Source: Deltaproteobacteria bacterium (GTDB lineage: Bacteria; Myxococcota_A; Polyangia; GCA-2747355). From it: a stretch of DNA of 64,000 nucleotides. Below are positions 1 through 9,940 of the stretch, one piece after another. Location: contig JACKDQ010000002.1 of the NCBI GenBank assembly GCA_020633415.1, positions 390,945 through 454,944 on the forward strand. Reading direction: 5' to 3'. Positions within the stretch are counted from its first letter, which is position 1; each line of letters begins with the position of its first letter. The translations under genes and the position numbers were made by a program. The notes under the pieces were generated by a model. It made no database searches. It was not told the origin of the DNA and saw only the letters and a list, made by a program, of their open reading frames with translations.

Positions 1-398
1 ACGATGGCGAGCTGTTGATGCTGTTTCACTGGAATGGGCAAACCGATACGGTGGCCGATATCGACTACGTCCGTTGGACCGGCAGCAGTGCAGTAGCAGC
101 CCACAAGACCACAACCACTTGCCTCGACGGGCCGGATAGCAACAACGCCACCAGCTGTTACGTCAACGACACCGCTGAAGCGAGCCAGTCGACCTTGATC
201 CCGCCGCAACCCGGCGGATCGATCCACCGCTGCAACTACCTGGAGCGCGGCGAAGTCAAAGCTGGCGGCAACGGCGAGACCGGACACGACGAGACCAGCG
301 AGCCGTTTTCCGGCGCCAATGCGACATGGGGACGCAATCCAAGCACCCCGAGCAACCGCACACCTGGCGCAGCAGCTCCTCGCAGCATCTGCCCGTAG
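1..398 (+). CDS. 3' end of a gene running in from upstream; hypothetical, probably secreted protein (C-terminal fragment)
   Basis: The reading frame is open from base 3 (DGELLMLFHWNGQTD...) with no stop before 396-398, so the listed start at 15 is internal. No recognisable catalytic motif. Confidence 0.4.
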   Translation, partial: DGELLMLFHWNGQTDTVADIDYVRWTGSSAVAAHKTTTTCLDGPDSNNATSCYVNDTAEASQSTLIPPQPGGSIHRCNYLERGEVKAGGNGETGHDETSEPFSGANATWGRNPSTPSNRTPGAAAPRSICP

Positions 399-427
399 CT
401 ACAGACACACACGACAAGAAGGGTGCG

Positions 428-2896
428 ATGACACCAAAAGGCAAAACGCTTCCGTCGTTGGTCGTTCACGGACACTTCTACCAACCACCGCGAGAAAACC
501 CCTGGATCGAGGAGATCGAGCTCGAGGCCAGCGCGAGCCCCTACCACGATTGGAACGAGCGCATCAGCGACGAGTGTTATTCTCGCAATGCCCGCGCACG
601 AATCTACAACGACCACGGCGAAGTCATGCGGGTGGTCAACAATTACCGATACCTCTCGTTTAACATCGGTCCCACCCTGCTGGTCTGGCTGGAGAAACAT
701 CGCCCCCACATCTACGGGCGAATCCTCGAAGCCGACAAAAACAGCGCGCTAGAGCGTGGCGGTCACGGCAACGCGATCGCACAAGCCTACGGCCACGCCA
801 TCCTGCCGCTGTGCAATGATCGCGACCGCTTGACCCAAATCCGCTGGGCGGTGGCCGACTTTTCTTATCGCTTTGGCCGGCGGCCGGAGGCGATGTGGCT
901 GCCTGAAACCGCGGTGAATGCTGCGACGGTCGAAGACCTGATCGCGGAAGGCATGCGCTTTGTGATCCTTGCGCCTGGGCAGGCCAGACGGATCCGCCCG
1001 CTAGGATCCTACGACTGGCAGGATGTCTCAGGGGCACGAATCGATCCGCGCCATCCCTATCGACTGATATCGGCAAAGAACCGCGAGCGATACATCGACG
1101 CCTTTTTCTACGACGGACCGGTCTCTCACGCCGTTAGCTTCGAGAAGCTCCTGCACGCGAGCGCAGCATTTGTCGACCGCCTGCGCGGTGCCGTAGATCA
1201 AGCCTTGAAGGCACCTCAGCTGATCCACCTTGCTGTCGACGGCGAGACCTTCGGACACCACCTGCGCCATGCAGATCGGGCCTTGGCCCACGCTTTGGTC
1301 AGCAGCGCGCCGGCAGCCAACTTTCAGCTGACCAACTACGGCCAATACCTCGAACAGCATCCGCCAACCCACGAGGTCGAACTCGAGCCCGGTCCAGACG
1401 GCGAAGGCACGGCATGGAGCTGTGCCCACGGCGTCGGTCGCTGGTGTCGTGACTGCGGCTGTCACGCGGGTGCTCCCCAAGGCTGGAACCAAGCTTGGCG
1501 CGCACCGTTGCGTCAGGCAGTGAACTATCTGCGCGACAAGGCAACAGAAGTCTTCGAGGATTTGGGCAGCGAACTGTTACACGATCCGTGGATCGCTCGG
1601 GACGACTACATCCAGGTGTTGCTGGACCCCAGCGCAAAGCGACGCGATCGCTTCTTGCGCGAGCACCGCAAGCGTGCCGCCGCGCCCGCCGACGACGTTC
1701 GCATCCTCCAGCTGCTCGAAGCACAGCGTCACGCCCTGCTCTCGCAGACCAGCTGCGGCTGGTTCTTCAACGACATTTCGGGGCTAGAGGCGGTGCAAGT
1801 GTTGCGCTATGCGGCGCGTGCCGTGCAGCTCTTCGAAGAGTTGAGCGACCAACCGATCGAAGACGGCGTCCTCGAGATCCTCGGGCAGGCGCGCTCTAAT
1901 CTTCCTGAGATGGGCAGCGGAGCCGATGTTTACCGATCGCGCGCAATCTCGGCCACCGTGTCTCCCAGGAGAGCCCTCGCCCACTACGCGATCGGCGACA
2001 TCTACGGCAGTAGCCCGACCAAGCAGCGTCGACTTGGTTTCCAAATCACCGCGCTACAAACACACCGCTACTCGCGAGGCAACGTTGTCGCCCACATCGG
2101 CTGCGCGGACGTCGAGCGGCTGAGGACAGGCGAGCTTAAGCAGCTCGTCTACGCGATGATCCACTTCGGCAGCCACGATTTCCACTGCGCGGTTCGCCCG
2201 TATGCGGGAACAAAGTCGTTCCGTGAATTCTGCCAGCAGGTCGAGGGGGTATTCGAGCGTCCTTCGGTCGCGGAGCTGTTGCGGGTAATCGACAGAAACT
2301 TCACCGACGAGTCCTTCACCCTCGCCGATATGCTCGACGAAGAGCGCCAAGCGCTGCTCGAGATGTTGTTCGGCCGACTACACCGCAGTTTTGGCGACCT
2401 CTACCGCCATCTTTACGAAACCCACCGCGCTTCGATCAGCGCGTTGCTCGACAGCGGGCTACCGATGCCACGCGAGTTCCGCATCGCCGCGGAATACACG
2501 CTCTCACGGCGGCTGGAAGAAGAGCTCGCATCCAACGCCGAATACTTCGGGATCGAGAGCTTTCGCGCGGCGGCTGACATCGTCGCCGAAGCCAAGCGGC
2601 ACGGCCTGATGCTCGATCGTCACTCTGCCGAGGCCTTCCTCGGCAACCAACTCAATGCGGCCGTCGGCCGACTGGTCGATCATCCATCGGAACTAAAGAT
2701 CACTCAGTCCTGCCAAATCCTTGAGCTCGCCGATCACCTCGGCCTCAAACTCGACATCGAGCACATCCAAGACCTGCTGTTCGACTTCATCGCGTCAAAC
2801 CGCCAAAAACGTCCGCTGACGGAAGCCAACTGGCCCGAGTTGTTGCGTCGCACGCGGATCAGCGCCCAACTCTTGGGTGATGAAGCCGCCAGCTAG
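428..2896 (+). CDS. Glycoside hydrolase family 57 alpha-glucan enzyme (amylase/branching/glucanotransferase type) with a long C-terminal helical domain
   Basis: N-terminus LVVHGHFYQPPRENPW... is the GH57 signature. AVDGETFGHH is typical of the catalytic region. The ATG at 428 puts the conserved block about 10 aa from the start. The 326-427 extension is Ser/His-rich junk. Confidence 0.85.
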   Translation: MTPKGKTLPSLVVHGHFYQPPRENPWIEEIELEASASPYHDWNERISDECYSRNARARIYNDHGEVMRVVNNYRYLSFNIGPTLLVWLEKHRPHIYGRILEADKNSALERGGHGNAIAQAYGHAILPLCNDRDRLTQIRWAVADFSYRFGRRPEAMWLPETAVNAATVEDLIAEGMRFVILAPGQARRIRPLGSYDWQDVSGARIDPRHPYRLISAKNRERYIDAFFYDGPVSHAVSFEKLLHASAAFVDRLRGAVDQALKAPQLIHLAVDGETFGHHLRHADRALAHALVSSAPAANFQLTNYGQYLEQHPPTHEVELEPGPDGEGTAWSCAHGVGRWCRDCGCHAGAPQGWNQAWRAPLRQAVNYLRDKATEVFEDLGSELLHDPWIARDDYIQVLLDPSAKRRDRFLREHRKRAAAPADDVRILQLLEAQRHALLSQTSCGWFFNDISGLEAVQVLRYAARAVQLFEELSDQPIEDGVLEILGQARSNLPEMGSGADVYRSRAISATVSPRRALAHYAIGDIYGSSPTKQRRLGFQITALQTHRYSRGNVVAHIGCADVERLRTGELKQLVYAMIHFGSHDFHCAVRPYAGTKSFREFCQQVEGVFERPSVAELLRVIDRNFTDESFTLADMLDEERQALLEMLFGRLHRSFGDLYRHLYETHRASISALLDSGLPMPREFRIAAEYTLSRRLEEELASNAEYFGIESFRAAADIVAEAKRHGLMLDRHSAEAFLGNQLNAAVGRLVDHPSELKITQSCQILELADHLGLKLDIEHIQDLLFDFIASNRQKRPLTEANWPELLRRTRISAQLLGDEAAS

Positions 2897-3091
2897 CGTA
2901 GTCAGCTCGCCGCTCTGGCCCACTGCCCAGCCTCCACAGCACGCATCACCGCACAGACAACGCGGCGGCCATCTGGGACTCGGCCTGGCCCTCCCGCAGC
3001 GCGGATGATTTGGATGATTCGGCGGCCCCTGCAACAAACCACTGTGCCGAAGCACTAGCCATGATACGATCGACGGGAAACCGCACCATCG

Positions 3092-3892
3092 ATGCCGAGG
3101 CAGGCCGAAAAACAAGCCGAAGAGCAAAGTCTCTTCGAGCAATTGTTCGATCTATACCGCGAGCACGGGGAGGCAATCGACCGGGCTGCGTTCGCCGAGC
3201 GACTTTTTCCCGGCGTCGTCGCGCAAGTACCGCTCGATCTCGACCTGCCGCGCCGTATCGTCGGCGCGCTCAGTTCAACCAACGACGATGCCCCCAACAG
3301 CGTCGAAGCCGTCCGCGACCTGTTTACCCGGCTCTGCGAATTAACGATTCACGAGCCGATGACAGGCTTGTTCAACCGACGCTATTTCGAGCACCGCCTC
3401 ACACAAGAACTCGATCGTGCGCTGCGACAAGCCACCGACTGCTCGCTGATGCTTGCCGACATCGACAACTTCAAGCGTATCAATGACCAATACGGTCACA
3501 GCGTGGGAGACGCGGTGATCCGTGAAGTCGGGCGCACACTACTTTCCAACACACGGCCTTCGGATGACCCTGCGCGCTACGGTGGCGAAGAATTCGCTTT
3601 GCTGCTGCCCGATACCTCGACAGCGGATGCGCTGCGCGCCGGCGAGCGGCTACGAGCAGCGGTCGCCGCTTTGCCCTTTCCTCAGCCGGGAGTGGAACAC
3701 CAAGTTACCGTCAGTATTGGGGTCGCTACCGCGCGCGCTCAGACGATACTCGACGCGGCGTCGTTGGTCGAACGAGCCGACCTCGCACTCTACCGCGCTA
3801 AAGATGGCGGCAAGAACCGAGTTGTGGCGTACGATGCACCGCCGGAGGCTGGAGCAGTCAGCCCCGCAGAGCGAGAGGCGCTACTGGGATGA
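3092..3892 (+). CDS. GGDEF-domain diguanylate cyclase
   Basis: Motifs GLFNRRYF, LMLADIDNFKRINDQYGHSVGD, RYGGEEFALLLPDT (GGEEF active site) and ADLALYRAKDGGKNRV. Confidence 0.9.
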   Translation: MPRQAEKQAEEQSLFEQLFDLYREHGEAIDRAAFAERLFPGVVAQVPLDLDLPRRIVGALSSTNDDAPNSVEAVRDLFTRLCELTIHEPMTGLFNRRYFEHRLTQELDRALRQATDCSLMLADIDNFKRINDQYGHSVGDAVIREVGRTLLSNTRPSDDPARYGGEEFALLLPDTSTADALRAGERLRAAVAALPFPQPGVEHQVTVSIGVATARAQTILDAASLVERADLALYRAKDGGKNRVVAYDAPPEAGAVSPAEREALLG

Positions 3893-4698
3893 AGACGGTC
3901 GCGATCAGCAGCGGAAAAGGTGGCGTGGGCAAGACCACAGTTGCGGTCAACCTCGGCATCGCGCTCTCGAAAGCCGGCAAGCGCGTCTTGTTGTTCGACG
4001 CCGATCTAGGATTGGCCAACGTCGACATTCTGCTCGGCATGTCGGCCGAGCATACGCTCGCCGACGTCCTCGACGAGAGTGTGTCGATGGAAAGCGTGCT
4101 GCTCAAGGCACCGGGCGGGTTGACCGTCTTGCCGGCCGGCTCCGGCATCCTTCGCTTGGAACGACTCTCGCCGACGCAGCGCGTTCGTTTGACAAAGAAG
4201 CTCCACGACATCTCGCGCGACTACGATCTACTGCTCCTCGATACCGGCGCCGGTTTGACAGAGAACGTGCTGTTCTTCGCAAGCACCGCTGATGAAGTGT
4301 TGATGGTTACGACGCCCGAACCAACCGCGCTGACCGACGCCTACGCACTGATCAAGATCCTGACGACCAACTACGCTGTCGAGTCGATCCAGTTGCTGGT
4401 CAACGAAGCGACGCGCGGTGCACAGGGTCGTGAAATCCACGCCAAGCTCAACGGCGTCGCCCAGCGCTTCCTCAATCGTCAGCTGGGCTACCTGGGACAC
4501 ATCCCGAGCGATCCAGAGGTCGAGAACGCGATCAAAGCCCGCACACCGCTGGTTGTCGCCAAGCCGTCATGCCCTGCGGCGCAAGCGATCCACTCCGTAG
4601 CGCGTCACTTCGACAGCGTGTTTGTGCTGGAGCCACGCCGGCGAGTAACCGACATGTGGAAAGCACTGATGGAGCCCCGCAGCCAAACGATCAAGTAG
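3889..4698 (+). CDS. MinD/ParA-superfamily ATPase of the FlhG/YlxH (MinD-like) type
   Basis: Deviant Walker A SSGKGGVGKTT, then LLFDADLGLANVDILLG and LLLDTGAG. The start ATG overlaps the stop of the GGDEF gene (ATGA at 3889-3892). Confidence 0.85.
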   Translation: MKTVAISSGKGGVGKTTVAVNLGIALSKAGKRVLLFDADLGLANVDILLGMSAEHTLADVLDESVSMESVLLKAPGGLTVLPAGSGILRLERLSPTQRVRLTKKLHDISRDYDLLLLDTGAGLTENVLFFASTADEVLMVTTPEPTALTDAYALIKILTTNYAVESIQLLVNEATRGAQGREIHAKLNGVAQRFLNRQLGYLGHIPSDPEVENAIKARTPLVVAKPSCPAAQAIHSVARHFDSVFVLEPRRRVTDMWKALMEPRSQTIK

Positions 4699-4722
4699 CC
4701 GCCCCAACGCCTCAGACGAAAA

Positions 4723-6873
4723 CTACCCCTCGGTCTCCGGCAAACCGATCGCATCCCCGACGAGCTCGGCCGCGCGCAATGTTGTACCGCGCACAACCGC
4801 CTGCTCGGCCTGTCGCCAAACCGGCGGTCGCCCAAAAGCCTCTTCGACACGCTCGCGCAGCGAGGTGATGTTTGTCCCAGCACCGATCATCGCCACCGAT
4901 TCCAGTTCGGCGGGTTTGATCCGGGCATTAGCGAGCACGCTGGAAGCGACCTGCAAGATCCGCTCAGCCACAGGCGCGACGACCGCGTCAAGATCGCTGC
5001 GCGAGAGCTCCACGATGCAGCTGTCTTTCGGCTGGCCGAGCAGCGCACCTAGCCCAAGACGAAGACCGCCCCGCGCCTCAAGTTCGCACTTGGCGCGGCG
5101 GCAGAGTTGATTGAGCGAGCGCCAAATCGGGGTCTGGCGACGCAGATCACCTTTGACCCGGTCACCGAGCAGCTCCGTAACACGACCCGCAAGACCTGCA
5201 TCGATCTCGCCGCCGCCGAGCATCGGATCACCGCCGGCGGCAATTACACTAAACGACGACGCGCCGATCTCGACCAAGGAGAACTCGAACGCCGCACCGA
5301 ACGACAGCACGCCGACCATACTGCCAATCCGACCACGCAACCCATAAGCGAGCAGCGCTGCACTAGGCTCGGTGAGAATTGAGACCGACTCGAATCCGGC
5401 GTGGCGCGCCGCCTCTACCATCCCCTCGCGCTGCGCCGCGCCAAACCGCATTGGTGCTGCGAGCACAGCGTGCCTGACTTCAGTCTGCATCGCCTCACGC
5501 GCCTGGTTGCGGACCTCGGCGAGCAACAGCGCAACCAGATCGACCGCCGAATAGCTTTCGCCGTGTATTTCCGCCCGCCACAAACCATCGCTACCTTCGT
5601 GAAGGCGAAAAGCCCGTCGCTCGCGAAAGCGCGAGACCACCAAAGCATCTCCTGCGCTCAACCCGAGCAGTTCGCGCACACCACTGAGCGCGCTCTGCGG
5701 CGAGCGATGAGACTCGCTGACCGCCTCATGGCCGACGAGAATCTCACCAGGGCGAGGGAAAGCCAACAGCGCCGGAGTGCGCGTATTGCCCTGGCTGTCC
5801 TGAAGCAGCTTGAGACCGGCAGCCGCAACACCCACCGAGATCCCGCTGGTCCCGAGGTCAATGCCGACGTGAAGCCCGGCGGTCGTTGGCTGCGGCGCCA
5901 CCGGTCGCAACGCCTTGCGCGATCGTTGACCTGCGTGTGTGATCGGGCGGTTGGCAGCTGCACCACCCCGGGCAACTTGCCCGGCGGGCGTGGCTCCAGC
6001 GAAAGTCGTCCGGGCGTAGGCCACCGGACCTTGCTCACCGTCGGTCGCTATCGCCTGTTCTTCGGATTGATCATCAACGGGCGCCAGGCGAGGAACAGCG
6101 TCAGTCGATGAGTCGGTCGACTCCCACTCATCGTGCTCGTCCGCCTCATCGAGCGGCACCGGTACACCCAGCTGCTCGGCCATCATGCTGCCGCGGATCG
6201 CCGCGCGCTGACGCATCGCCACCTCATCGAGGGTCGCCGGTTCTCCTAGCGGGTTCGACTGCAACTTGCCACTCGGACCACTCAACCCATCAAGCGATGG
6301 CAGCTGGTCGGGCGCTGCATCGGCAACTGCCTCAGCGCCGGTCGTCCGAGCGACCGCTTGCCCAGCCGGCGCAGCGGCTGACGGCAAATCCACCGCTGAC
6401 GCGTCGGCACTCGCAGACGAATCGATCTGCCCCGACATCGGCGCCTGTCGAACATCGGTTGAGGGCGGACGTGACGGCGGCAAATCGGTCAGCGCCTTCA
6501 GACCCGCTAACAGCTCGGTTGGGTAATCTCGGTCCTGAGAAAGCGCGATCACCACGTGCCGGTCATCACCCGAGGGCTGTCGAACCCCGATCAAGCGAAC
6601 GCGCGAGCCATCGGGCAAAACGATCTCAAGCCGCGCCGGCGCGCCGATCGGCGAGTCCGACGCTGCAGCAGCGGTGACATCTGGCGACGACTCTAGCGGA
6701 GCAACCCAATCGACGACGCGCTGCCAGAGACGCCAAGGCTCCCCATCGGAGCGCCTGGCGTTGCCGCCACGCCGTCCGTAGCGTTGAACGACTGCCGCCG
6801 AAAGCTCCGTGCTAGGCGGCCTTCGTTCACCATCGGCCTCCGGCCCGTCGGACCGCTTGTCCTCCACGCGCAC
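4723..6873 (-). CDS. Atypical Hsp70/DnaK-family (actin-like ATPase fold) protein with a roughly 330-aa low-complexity N-terminal region
   Basis: GIDLGTSGISVG (phosphate-1-like). AVLAAPMRFGAAQREGMVEAARHAGFESVSILTEPSAALLAYG matches the DnaK VITVPAYF...INEPTAAALAYG block. MIGAGTNITSLRERVEEAFG matches the adenosine motif. The DLGGGTFD motif is degenerate (LSFGAAFEFS). Confidence 0.7.
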   Translation of the reverse strand: MRVEDKRSDGPEADGERRPPSTELSAAVVQRYGRRGGNARRSDGEPWRLWQRVVDWVAPLESSPDVTAAAASDSPIGAPARLEIVLPDGSRVRLIGVRQPSGDDRHVVIALSQDRDYPTELLAGLKALTDLPPSRPPSTDVRQAPMSGQIDSSASADASAVDLPSAAAPAGQAVARTTGAEAVADAAPDQLPSLDGLSGPSGKLQSNPLGEPATLDEVAMRQRAAIRGSMMAEQLGVPVPLDEADEHDEWESTDSSTDAVPRLAPVDDQSEEQAIATDGEQGPVAYARTTFAGATPAGQVARGGAAANRPITHAGQRSRKALRPVAPQPTTAGLHVGIDLGTSGISVGVAAAGLKLLQDSQGNTRTPALLAFPRPGEILVGHEAVSESHRSPQSALSGVRELLGLSAGDALVVSRFRERRAFRLHEGSDGLWRAEIHGESYSAVDLVALLLAEVRNQAREAMQTEVRHAVLAAPMRFGAAQREGMVEAARHAGFESVSILTEPSAALLAYGLRGRIGSMVGVLSFGAAFEFSLVEIGASSFSVIAAGGDPMLGGGEIDAGLAGRVTELLGDRVKGDLRRQTPIWRSLNQLCRRAKCELEARGGLRLGLGALLGQPKDSCIVELSRSDLDAVVAPVAERILQVASSVLANARIKPAELESVAMIGAGTNITSLRERVEEAFGRPPVWRQAEQAVVRGTTLRAAELVGDAIGLPETEG

Positions 6874-7010
6874 CCCTTATCGATGTGTCGGAGCTAACAG
6901 AATGCCAAACCGTGACTAATCACGCAATCGGCGTGATCAGCCACGTCGACCCGGGCTGGAAGAGATGCAGTTTCGGGCACGTCCAGAAGCGAGCCGCAAA
7001 CGGCCGCCGC

Positions 7011-7244
7011 TCAGATCACTTTGTACAACACCAAACCAACCGAAAGAATCATCGCGGTGAGGATCATCGCCACACCCCAATTGCCCTTCTTAATCTCTTC
7101 CCACTCATCGATATCGCGCGAAAGCAGGTCGAAAACCTTGATCGCCAAACCCATCGCAAAGGCAAAGGAGATCGCCGCGACGATCGCCCAGCCAAATGAG
7201 CGCAAAAACTGCCACAACATCAATACCAGTTCGTCTTTGTTCAT
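7011..7244 (-). CDS. DUF350 (YjfL-like) small integral membrane protein
   Basis: 77 aa with two hydrophobic helices flanking ...DIDEWEEIKKGNWGVA..., the DUF350 pattern. Paralogue of 59351..59575. Confidence 0.75.
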   Translation of the reverse strand: MNKDELVLMLWQFLRSFGWAIVAAISFAFAMGLAIKVFDLLSRDIDEWEEIKKGNWGVAMILTAMILSVGLVLYKVI

Positions 7245-7314
7245 CGGTTCTCCCTCGCGACAACAGCGAACGCCGGGGTTGCTGCGATCGGCGATATTTC
7301 AACGGTCGAAGTTG

Positions 7315-8607
7315 TCAACGGTCGATGTAGACCGGATAGCGCAGCGTTTGGGTCGCTCCACCGTGACGCGGAAATGGCAGTTGACCGAGCGCGCGCTGCA
7401 GACAAACCCGCAAGCGCAGCGAACCGCTCCCCTTCTCGAAAGCGAGCCGCTCAACGCCACCTCGCCCCGTGACCTCGAATTTGAGCGTTAGACCCTTGAA
7501 GCTCGACCGGCGCTGCGCCTCAGCGCGCAGGCACGGCGCCAGTTGATTGAAGTTTGACGACACCACCTGCAACAGCGCACTCGGATCGACTTGCGCGGCA
7601 TCCGGTGGATCACCGTCAGCATCAGACGTAAAGACCATCTGCTTAGCACCGCGACGCTGCTCGGCCACATAGTCCGACCACAGCGAGGTGGCGTCGAGCT
7701 GTCCTTGGGCAGCGCGACGAAGCGCCGCCAATGGACATGAGAACCGGCGCTTGCTGCGCCCATCGAGCAGCACAAGCTCGATCTTGCCAGCCGTTGGCGC
7801 ATGGGGATCGAGCGCGACTGACTTGCCGACCGCCAAGAGCGCGGCAAGCACTTGACTGCGGAAACGAACGCGATCGCCGTAAATCGTCAACTTGACGCTC
7901 AGCCCGGCGCCATCGCGCGCGACTTCTGCGGCGGAAGCGCTTCGCACGCGCCACGAGCGGAGCTGAGCGGCGAGCTTCTGTTGCGCGCGCTTTTCGAAGC
8001 CCGCTCGTGCATTGGCGACCCGCCGCACCAGCGCTAGACCTGACCGCTGCTTGGCGGCCGCGATCACATCTGCCGCCGGATAGCGATAAAGCGCGATCTC
8101 AGCGGGGGTCTGGTCACCGACCGCCCGCACACTCACCGTGCCAAAGCGAATCCGATAGCGCTCAAATTGTAGCTTGTTCGAGCCGAGCGCCCGACCGATC
8201 AGCTCGAGATGCATCGCCACCGCTCCGGTGCAAACCGTGCGGCGGCAGGGCTCGATCAACAGATCGATGTCGACCGCGATCTCGCGCATCTCCTTGAGCG
8301 CGACACGCGTCACGCGACCCGGATAAAAAAAGAGCAGCAGCCGAGCATTGGCTGGCGGCCGCATCGTCTGGATTAGACGACGCAGCGCACCACTGACCTT
8401 GCCAAGATCCGCCGTGCTGAAACTGCGCCCCATCGCTTCGGCCAGTAGACTGTCGAGCGCAGCGTCCGCGCGCTTGGCCGACTGTTTGTCGATACTCCGC
8501 TGACTACCCGTCGCCAGATCGACCTCGAGCAGGCGCGTTTGATCGGCACGAACCGCCGCAGAAACGGTCAAGACAACGCAAAATCCTAGCAGCGTGCTCG
8601 GGCGCAT
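7315..8607 (-). CDS. Secreted hypothetical protein with a TonB-C/AgmX-like C-terminal module
   Basis: Signal peptide MRPSTLLGFCVVLTVSAAVRA. The last ~90 aa (VVSSNFNQLAPCLRAEAQRR..GLTLKFEVTGRGGVERLAF...) resemble the TonB-C-like tails common in myxobacterial envelope proteins. This is pattern recall only. Confidence 0.55.
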   Translation of the reverse strand: MRPSTLLGFCVVLTVSAAVRADQTRLLEVDLATGSQRSIDKQSAKRADAALDSLLAEAMGRSFSTADLGKVSGALRRLIQTMRPPANARLLLFFYPGRVTRVALKEMREIAVDIDLLIEPCRRTVCTGAVAMHLELIGRALGSNKLQFERYRIRFGTVSVRAVGDQTPAEIALYRYPAADVIAAAKQRSGLALVRRVANARAGFEKRAQQKLAAQLRSWRVRSASAAEVARDGAGLSVKLTIYGDRVRFRSQVLAALLAVGKSVALDPHAPTAGKIELVLLDGRSKRRFSCPLAALRRAAQGQLDATSLWSDYVAEQRRGAKQMVFTSDADGDPPDAAQVDPSALLQVVSSNFNQLAPCLRAEAQRRSSFKGLTLKFEVTGRGGVERLAFEKGSGSLRLRVCLQRALGQLPFPRHGGATQTLRYPVYIDR

Positions 8608-8641
8608 CGGTCGGCGGACTATACCTCAGCGCCGGCGCAGC

Positions 8642-9856
8642 TCATAGCGACACTGCGCGCAAGATCACGCCAGGCTGGCCGACGGCCCAAACCATCTGCT
8701 TTGCGGCAAAAACAGCGTAGAGCTGCTCGATCGGGCTCGCTGAAAAATAGCTTACCAAGCGCCAGCCACCATGAATGAAGCGCGCGATCTGGCCACTTCT
8801 GCCAACCGCCCAAACGCCGTCATCAGCAGCGCTGGCATAGTCCGCAATTCCAGCCCGCAGCGGCGGAGGCGAGGCGAACTGGGTCCACCGTTCTTGCTCT
8901 CGGCGATAGAGGCGATTGTCAGCATCTGCGACCAGCAAGCGCTGTTGAGCGTCCTGCCAAATCGCGCGCAACGGCAGACCACTTGGCAGCTCAACATCGC
9001 GCCACCCGCCTTGAGCAAACGCATGCAGCGCGCCCTGTTGATCGAGCAGCCAAACGGTGGAGCGATCAACGACCAGATCAACCCACTGGTGTGCTTCAGG
9101 TGCCTGCAGATCGGTCCATCGATCGGTAAGCGCGAGGACCGCACCGTCTGCACCGATGATTACGACGCGATCAGCATCACCCGCGACACCGCGCCAGGCA
9201 ACCCTGCGCGGGAGATCAGCGCGCGCGCGCCACCGCGTACCGTCGTACTGAAATACCGCGCCATCTTCGCCGACGATCCATCCGTCGCCGCCAACGCGTC
9301 CCCAAACGGCGATCAGATTGGCCTTGGTCTGCAAATCGTAGGCGCTCCAATTCCCGTCACGGTAGCCAAGCAACTGACCGTGGCTGCCAACCACCCAGGT
9401 CTGCCCCGAAGCGCTATCCTGCCAAACCGCCGCGAGGATCGCACCGGCCAACCCCGCAGCCTCTAGTTCGAACGGGACGTGGAGCGTCCCGAGGATCAGC
9501 GCGCGGTGCTCTTCGGCACAGCGCGAACCGGGCACGCACTCGTGAAGGTAGACTTCGTTGGCGAGACACTGCCCTTCGCCGCGCGTCGCCACCCCACCGC
9601 CACTGCAAGCGACACAGCAACGTGCCGGCTGATCGGCAACGAAATAGGCCAGCGCACAGGGGGAGCGACTTTCGCAGCTGGTCACCGGGCGCTCATCGGC
9701 CAGGCAATCACAACGCATCGCTACCTGATTGCGCTGACAATCGCGGCAGCAGCCTACGTGCTTAATACACGTCTCGATGCTGCAGCCAGCGCTAGTCAGC
9801 GCAATTAGCATAACCAAGGAAAAATGTGCCGCGCGATCAGCGATCCGGCTCAACAT
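8642..9856 (-). CDS. Lipoprotein with a Cys-rich N-terminal module and repeated W/G beta-propeller-like blades
   Basis: Lipobox LIALTSAGC and about 14 Cys in the first 110 aa. Repeats of the type WVVGSHGQLLGYRDGNW, WIVGEDGAVFQYDGTRW and VWAVGRSGQIARFIHGGW. Paralogous in repeat style to 32031..33962. Confidence 0.6.
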   Translation of the reverse strand: MLSRIADRAAHFSLVMLIALTSAGCSIETCIKHVGCCRDCQRNQVAMRCDCLADERPVTSCESRSPCALAYFVADQPARCCVACSGGGVATRGEGQCLANEVYLHECVPGSRCAEEHRALILGTLHVPFELEAAGLAGAILAAVWQDSASGQTWVVGSHGQLLGYRDGNWSAYDLQTKANLIAVWGRVGGDGWIVGEDGAVFQYDGTRWRARADLPRRVAWRGVAGDADRVVIIGADGAVLALTDRWTDLQAPEAHQWVDLVVDRSTVWLLDQQGALHAFAQGGWRDVELPSGLPLRAIWQDAQQRLLVADADNRLYRREQERWTQFASPPPLRAGIADYASAADDGVWAVGRSGQIARFIHGGWRLVSYFSASPIEQLYAVFAAKQMVWAVGQPGVILRAVSL

Positions 9857-9940
9857 GAACGCAGCATAGGGCGCTTTGCCAAAGCCGGCAACGACAGCGC
9901 GCGCCTCCGCGCCCAGGTCAACTCGAGCTATACTCGAACC

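Noticed and set aside
326-427. Upstream ATG for the GH57 gene
   Set aside because: The extra 34 aa are Ser/His/Gln-rich and overlap the end of the preceding ORF. The conserved GH57 N-terminus starts just after ATG 428.
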